64,000 bases of DNA, from positions 68,226 through 132,225 of the forward strand of contig JACRFB010000063.1 in NCBI GenBank assembly GCA_016218045.1. The letters are read 5' to 3'. The DNA comes from Ignavibacteriota bacterium (GTDB lineage Bacteria; Bacteroidota; Ignavibacteria; SZUA-365). Within the stretch, counting starts at the first letter, position 1, and the number at the start of each line of letters is the position of its first letter. The translations under genes were made by a program, and so were the position numbers. Of this stretch, positions 59,701 through 64,000 are shown one piece after another. The notes under the pieces were generated by a model. It did not search any database, was not told the DNA's origin, and worked only from the letters and a program-made list of their open reading frames with translations.

Positions 59701-62700
59701 GTACACTGTGTGGTCGTACCGAGTGACGAAACCCGCCGGGACGTCGCTCGTGTGGACGGCCACGGGCGGGGCGGTGCTGCAGGCACAGGGCGACAGCGCG
59801 GTGGTGCAGTGGACGTTGCCGGGGATGCGCATGGTGCAGGTGACATGCCGTGTGGACTCGAGCGGCTGCACGTCGACGGCAACGCTGCCGGTGCAAGTGG
59901 ATGCATTCGTTCCACCCGCGATCGAGGCGGATCCGAAACACATCTGCCGCGGCAGCGAACTGCGGCTGAAGGTGCAGCGGGGCTACGCGCGTGTTGCATG
60001 GAACACAGGGGCGACGACGGACGAGATCGTTGTCCGCACCCCCGGCATGTACCGCGTGCGTGTGGAGACGTCGGACGGCTGCGCGGGCGAGGACTCGGTG
60101 CGCATCACGGTTGTCGATCCACCCAATGCACAGGCGCCAACCGACACGACGATCTGCGGCGAGTCGGAGGTGCTGCTTACGGGTGATGCACGTGACGGCA
60201 CACCGCCGTACGGCTACCGGTGGATCGGTGAGAATGTGACAGACGAGTACGCGCGCACGACCACGGCCCGTCCGTCAACGGCGGGGATCTATGTGCTGGA
60301 GGTGACGGACGCGAACGGTTGCACGGGGCGCGACACACTGCGTGTGCAGAAGCGTGCGGCGCCGCCGGTGGGGATCCGCGCGCTGGGTGCGCTGCGTTTC
60401 TGTCTGGGCGACAGCGTGACTCTGGAGGCGGATGCGGGCTTTGTGCGTTATGAGTGGAGCGACGGACAGCGGGGCCGTCGCGTCGTGATCCGCCGTGCGG
60501 GCATGTATCATGTGCTTGCCACGGATACGTCGGGCTGCACGGCGCGGTCGGATCCGCTCACGGTGGAGGTGAAGGCGATCGCCGTGAACATCACTGCTCT
60601 GGGCCCGTTGCGTTTCTGCGCGGGCGACAGCGTGGTGTTGCGCGTGGAGGGCGCGCCCGCGCGTGTGCGCTGGAACACGGGCGATAGTACACGATACCTC
60701 GTCGTCCGCAGCACGGGCACGTACTGGGCGCGGGGCTGGGACACGTTCGGCTGCGAGGGGGCCTCGCTGCCGCTGCAGGTGACAGTGAATCCGCTGCCAC
60801 GTGTTGCGATCGGCGGTCCGGCGAGTGTGTGCGCGGGCACAGTTGGCAGGCACTGGCTGCGCGAGGTGCGGGGATTGCGCGTACTCTGGCGCATCGAGAA
60901 CGGGACGCTGCTCACCGGCGAGAATGCGGACACGGTGGACGTGCGCTGGTCCGTCGCGGGGAACGGCCGCCTCGTGCTCACGTGTACGGACACAACAACG
61001 GGCTGCACGGACAGCACGATTGCACCCATCATCATAGGGACCTCGCTCACTCCCGTGATCGTCGGTCCAACGGCCATCTGCGCGGGCGACACGGCGGTGT
61101 TCGACGCGGGGGACGGGTACGCGTTCTACACGTGGCGTAACGAGGCGGACAGCATTGTCGGCACCAGATCACAACTCCGCGTTACAACCGCGGGCCGTTA
61201 CCGCGTGTTTGTGCGTGATGCGGGTACCTGCGAGGGGGATGCCTCGCACAGACTCATCGTTCATCCGAAGCCCGGTGTATCGATCGTCGGAGCCGCCTCG
61301 TTCTGCACGGGCGACAGTGTACTGCTCTCCGCATCGGGAACATTTATCCAGTATGTCTGGCGGAATGAATCGGATACTGTTGTCGGAAATACACCGACGT
61401 ACACCGTTCGGACACCAGGTCTGTACACACTCGCCGTGACAGACGGGAACGGGTGTACAGCCCGCTCCACGCCGCACGCAGTAAGCGAACTCGCACACCC
61501 CGTCGCGGCGATCGCGGGACCTACGAGCGCGTGCAGCGGAACGGTGCAGAGGTATGGAACACCGCCTGGGACGGGCGTCGCATATCGATGGAGCGTGCTG
61601 AATGGCACGACGCTGTCCGCCTCCGATGCGGACACGTTCACCGTGCGCTGGGACGCGCCCGGGACGGGTCGTGTCGTGCTCACTGTCACGAACGCTGCGT
61701 GCAGCGCAAGCGACACACTGGACTTGACGGTGGGATCCTCGCTCACACCTTCCATCGCGGGCAGATCACGTATCTGCGCGGGCGACTCGGCCCTGCTCGA
61801 TGCGGGCGCGGGCTACAGGAGTTACCTGTGGAGATTGCCGAACGGCGACAGCGCAGACACACGGTCGATCCGCATCGCGGCAACGGGTGTGTACACAGTG
61901 ACCGTGTACGACGAGGGCGGGTGTTCAGGATCGGCGCGGCATCTCCTGCGTGTGGATGTGCTCCCCGCACCCGCGATCGCGGGTCCACAGGAGATCTGCG
62001 CGGGCGACACGGCGGTGCTCGATGCCGGTGTGTTCGCAGGTGTGTACACCTGGCGTGACGCAATGGGGACCATGCTCGGCGTGCAGCGCACACTCGCCGT
62101 CACACAGACGGGAGTGTTCACAGTAACAGTCACCGACACGAACAGTTGCACGGGCTCGTCGCCACCGCACGCGCTTCTTGTGCATCCGCGTCCATCAAAA
62201 CCCGTCGTCACCCTCCGCGGCGACACCCTCGCCACCGTGGCGGGATACGCGTACCGCTGGTATCGCAACGACACACTCATCGCGGGCGCCGCATCCGACA
62301 CACACATCGCGGCCTCACCCGGCTGGTATCACGTGTCGATCACCGACACTCACGGCTGCACGAACGAGGCGGATCCCATCGAATACACCGGCGCGGCGCG
62401 TGTGGCCACGGCGCACATCATCCTTCCATTCCTCGAGGCAGCTCCCGGCGAGCGCGTCGAGATCCCGGTCGTGATCGCCGCCTCCACGCACCTCGATGCG
62501 GCGGACGTGCGCTCGTTCCGTGCCACACTGCGCTACCACGCCGGCGTGCTCGCACCGATGGGTTCCACGCCGCCAGGTGTGTTATCCGGTGCCGAACGTC
62601 TCATCCCGTTCACGGCCGATACCGCGTCCCGTCCGCTGTCGCCCGGGCCCGTGTGGCCGCCGGTGGCGACACTCGTGTTCCGCGCGACACTCGGATCCGT

Positions 62701-63091
62701 GTCACAGACGCCGCTGACACTTGAGGACATGAACTTCGGCGCGACCGACGTCCGCGTGACGGTGCAGCCGGGCGGCTTCCGGCTCCTCGTGTGCAGAGAG
62801 GGAGGGGAGCGGTTGTTCTCGGACAGCGGGCGGCTTTCTATCGGACAGAACAGTCCGAATCCATTCAACGCGCAGACGACGATCGAGTACGAGACCATCG
62901 AGAACGGTCCGGTGTTCCTCGCCGTGTACGATCTGCTCGGCCGCGAGACCGCCGTGCTTGTCGACGCGCCGCTTGTGCCCGGCCGGCGCCGCGTACTCTT
63001 CGACGCGCAGGCCCTTCCCTCCGGACAGTACATCGCCGTGCTCCGCAGCGGCAGCGGTGTGCGCACGATGCGGATGGTTGTTGCGAAGTGA
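56702..63091 (+). CDS. Large T9SS-type secreted surface protein (2129 aa): N-terminal domain, SBBP-like propeller repeats, Cys-paired Ig-like repeats, CTD
   Basis: F.EN.GQ and VYENVY.GIDL in the N-terminal domain. Repeated W.TY.GG...D blades, then repeated C.G.S..L....Y.W...G.Y.V......C modules. C-terminal QNSPNPFN...YDLLGR...LPSG.Y. Start uncertain. Confidence 0.85.
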   Translation: MALTGSVGTISHARRLYCTGKNSTHAALIAIVTWMMFPGAAAGQDVLLRRTSPDPYFEENRGQIMDEHGKTRRDVLFAQRDGGASLYLTRGGFEYVFARVENPDAPVSEATGRAMSDRDSHPVITAYQRVDMRFRDPSPSVRVRGIEEKDYLLHYYTVGAGPDAETVRTFAGVVYENVYRGIDLVLRAEPRGIKYHWVVHPGASVGDIRVFWSGADRLQQEPDGGLRVISTLGELSEAPPVAWQDTPTGRRPVQVSSRVVGMDIHLDCGDYDAERKLTVDPRVIWATYYGGDLIDRACAVDTDADDNVVVVGETTSLAAISTPGTFQAVHAGAWDGFMAKFDSAGNRLWSTYVGGAASDNLVSVSCDGSGIMAAGSTTSAGMATSGVHQTTLGGIADILLLRFSAAGVRLWATYYGGPGAESPRAVSPGGGGRVLVSARTNSGSGIEIGGSWGGYSGGTDGAVAVFNASGALLWGRYIGGPDEDQCHGITTDGARIFVAGSTRSTTGLATPGAFLTTQQGDWDMFLACVAYNGTIDWATYYGGSGLESDIASGIRYTGGNRIIIGGKTTSTSGMTTTGVFQETHQGGSADGFLAAFDSAGHRHWGTYIGSAGWESITGLDVDAEGAIMIFGQATATSSLANFNNVHQSTLATDGLFVGRVEGEGTDLRWCTFYGGSQTWPEMWGASNGCVDLRGNVYVCGTTNSQTLIAYGNPHQGAFGGGSSDGCLAKFLGGKNRIVTRDGAPTYCEGDTLIVHYDLAGVYGDHNMFHAQLSDSTGNFGAPVIIGSVKSWMQDSIIAVIPVGTPGGSAYRIRVVSTNPRLAGTETRAFRIVPLPVAIVAPAGTVSICEGQSLILRADSAMNCTYVWEEQTRGMEGVGPSLLVTRTGKYRVVVTNTGGCRAWSPWTEVVASPRPLATITPWDVQGVCEGDSVVLSGPDSTGYTFEWSTGETTRVLRVSKPGLYRLVVRNAAGCSDTSAPVRVVVYPLPVLSVAGRGRACQYTVWSYRVTKPAGTSLVWTATGGAVLQAQGDSAVVQWTLPGMRMVQVTCRVDSSGCTSTATLPVQVDAFVPPAIEADPKHICRGSELRLKVQRGYARVAWNTGATTDEIVVRTPGMYRVRVETSDGCAGEDSVRITVVDPPNAQAPTDTTICGESEVLLTGDARDGTPPYGYRWIGENVTDEYARTTTARPSTAGIYVLEVTDANGCTGRDTLRVQKRAAPPVGIRALGALRFCLGDSVTLEADAGFVRYEWSDGQRGRRVVIRRAGMYHVLATDTSGCTARSDPLTVEVKAIAVNITALGPLRFCAGDSVVLRVEGAPARVRWNTGDSTRYLVVRSTGTYWARGWDTFGCEGASLPLQVTVNPLPRVAIGGPASVCAGTVGRHWLREVRGLRVLWRIENGTLLTGENADTVDVRWSVAGNGRLVLTCTDTTTGCTDSTIAPIIIGTSLTPVIVGPTAICAGDTAVFDAGDGYAFYTWRNEADSIVGTRSQLRVTTAGRYRVFVRDAGTCEGDASHRLIVHPKPGVSIVGAASFCTGDSVLLSASGTFIQYVWRNESDTVVGNTPTYTVRTPGLYTLAVTDGNGCTARSTPHAVSELAHPVAAIAGPTSACSGTVQRYGTPPGTGVAYRWSVLNGTTLSASDADTFTVRWDAPGTGRVVLTVTNAACSASDTLDLTVGSSLTPSIAGRSRICAGDSALLDAGAGYRSYLWRLPNGDSADTRSIRIAATGVYTVTVYDEGGCSGSARHLLRVDVLPAPAIAGPQEICAGDTAVLDAGVFAGVYTWRDAMGTMLGVQRTLAVTQTGVFTVTVTDTNSCTGSSPPHALLVHPRPSKPVVTLRGDTLATVAGYAYRWYRNDTLIAGAASDTHIAASPGWYHVSITDTHGCTNEADPIEYTGAARVATAHIILPFLEAAPGERVEIPVVIAASTHLDAADVRSFRATLRYHAGVLAPMGSTPPGVLSGAERLIPFTADTASRPLSPGPVWPPVATLVFRATLGSVSQTPLTLEDMNFGATDVRVTVQPGGFRLLVCREGGERLFSDSGRLSIGQNSPNPFNAQTTIEYETIENGPVFLAVYDLLGRETAVLVDAPLVPGRRRVLFDAQALPSGQYIAVLRSGSGVRTMRMVVAK

Positions 63092-63108
63092 GGCGCGGGG
63101 AACGGCTT

Positions 63109-63204
63109 GACGATTGGACGATCAGATGATTAGACGATCAGACGATTGGACGATCAGACGATTAGACGATCAGACGATTGGACGATCAGACGATTGGACG
63201 ATCA
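63109..63204 (+). repeat. Tandem repeat: 12 x 8-mer arranged as 6 x 16 bp (GAYGATTR-GACGATCA)
   Basis: Read directly from the sequence. It starts 17 bp after the stop codon at 63091. Confidence 0.95.
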
Positions 63205-63266
63205 GACCATCCGCTTCCTCCGGCGATCCAAGCCGCGTATGCGCGATGCGCGAGAAAACTCCGACA

Positions 63267-63285
63267 GGGCGACCGGCGGTCGCCC
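63267..63285. repeat. REP-like palindrome GGGCGACC-GGC-GGTCGCCC
   Basis: Perfect 8-bp inverted repeat between convergent genes. Confidence 0.6.
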
Positions 63286-63375
63286 GACACCGCCGCGAAC
63301 CACGCATGCAACACCGCACAAAACAGATCAGTCACCCACGTCCGGAACGGGAGAGGGCCGGGGTGAGGGTGCGCG

Positions 63376-63474
63376 TCCCGCTCTCCCGTCGCGCTTCGAC
63401 TCCGCTCAGCGAGACACTATTTCGTTGTTCCGCTCCCGCTGTCCCGTCGCGCTTCGACAAGCTCAGCGAGACAC
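63376..63474 (+). repeat. Two ~41-bp REP-like direct repeats (63376-63417 and 63434-63474)
   Basis: TCCCGCTSTCCCGTCGCGCTTCGAC(TCC/AA)GCTCAGCGAGACAC. Each copy can fold (GTCGCGCT / AGCGAGAC). Confidence 0.85.
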
Positions 63475-63483
63475 AGGGTCGTG

Positions 63484-63515
63484 GTCCCGCTGTCCCGCTG
63501 TCCCGAGTTCCCGCT
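63484..63515 (-). repeat. 4 x 8-mer GTCCCGCT (AGCGGGAC on the minus strand)
   Basis: Read directly from the sequence. It lies just 3' of the stop of the minus-strand gene. Confidence 0.8.
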
Positions 63516-63531
63516 ACACATCCGAACGAAA

Positions 63532-64000
63532 TCACTGCACGATGAATCGACGCAGGTAGCGCTCAGGTCGGTCACCATCAGGAAGGTCGATGGTGATGAG
63601 GAAGAGGCCCGGCGTGAGGTGATGGGTGGATAAATTGTGGAGACGGTGCTCGCCAGGCTCGAACTCGAGGTGGTTCTGTTGCATCACACGACCAAGCACG
63701 TCGGTCACGGTCACGAGCGCACGACACGCGTGCTGCGACGCGGGCAGGTACACGGGCAGAACACCATCACCGCCGTTTGCGTGCAGGGGATTCGGATAGA
63801 CGGATCCGATACTCAGACCTTCGGGTGTGACGGCATCGACGGACGTTGCCACATTGTATCCGCTTCCTGTCAGCGCGATAGAGACAACCGGCGTCAATTG
63901 ATCAAGCGTCAGGCGCAGGTAGGCCTGGCGCATGCCGTTATTGCGGGGAACAAAGGTGACAGGCACAATAATCGAATCGCCCGGCCGTAGTGTGACAGGC
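63532..64000 (-). CDS. C-terminal part of a T9SS cargo protein (ASH/choice-of-anchor-D-like Ig domain + CTD), truncated by the window edge
   Basis: The frame is open to the window end (PVTLRPGDSIIVPVTFVP...LTGSG). CTD-like YPNP...DVLGR...L.PG.F.I. Confidence 0.75.
   Translation of the reverse strand, partial: PVTLRPGDSIIVPVTFVPRNNGMRQAYLRLTLDQLTPVVSIALTGSGYNVATSVDAVTPEGLSIGSVYPNPLHANGGDGVLPVYLPASQHACRALVTVTDVLGRVMQQNHLEFEPGEHRLHNLSTHHLTPGLFLITIDLPDGDRPERYLRRFIVQ

Noticed and set aside
63109..63204. Possible CRISPR array
   Set aside because: Contiguous 8/16-bp units with no unique spacers, and no cas genes nearby.
63114..63559. Short ORFs with DDQTIRRS repeats
   Set aside because: They are translations of the tandem repeat in all three frames, with no evidence of coding.

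Overview
GC-rich bacterial chromosome segment, most likely from an FCB-group organism related to Ignavibacteria/Chlorobi. This is inferred from T9SS-type genes (PorZ-like, PorV-like, CTD cargo), a futalosine-pathway MqnA-like gene, the cmk-ispH-rpsA order and TTGnnn-N17-TAnnTT promoters. 1-28.7 kb is mostly housekeeping on the + strand: ptsI, two different phosphoglucose isomerases, an Omp85/metalloprotease-BamB-like-PEGA cluster, ribH, cmk, ispH, rpsA, mtaB, ffh-rpsP-rimM-trmD-rplS, recN, cysS and rlmD. 28.7-48 kb is on the - strand: an ECF sigma/anti-sigma pair, NfeD-SPFH, a TetR-TolC-HlyD-ABC efflux operon and the most unusual locus. That locus (39.8-47.1 kb) is a seven-gene cluster behind a sigma54 (-24/-12) promoter. 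It encodes two GcvH-fold proteins that lack the lipoyl lysine, a HybA/HybB-like (NrfC/NrfD) quinone-redox module with no catalytic subunit and no Tat signal, a c-type-heme sensor kinase, a sigma54 response regulator and an archaemetzincin protease. I propose it is a self-amplifying membrane redox-sensing system; that function is inference. 48-64 kb holds secreted/outer-membrane genes (VPS10/BNR protein, fbp, S9 peptidase, PorV-like barrel, a 2129-aa T9SS cargo) and repeat-rich intergenic DNA. I found no rRNA, tRNA, CRISPR array or transposase. All calls come from motif recognition by eye; no database searches were run.
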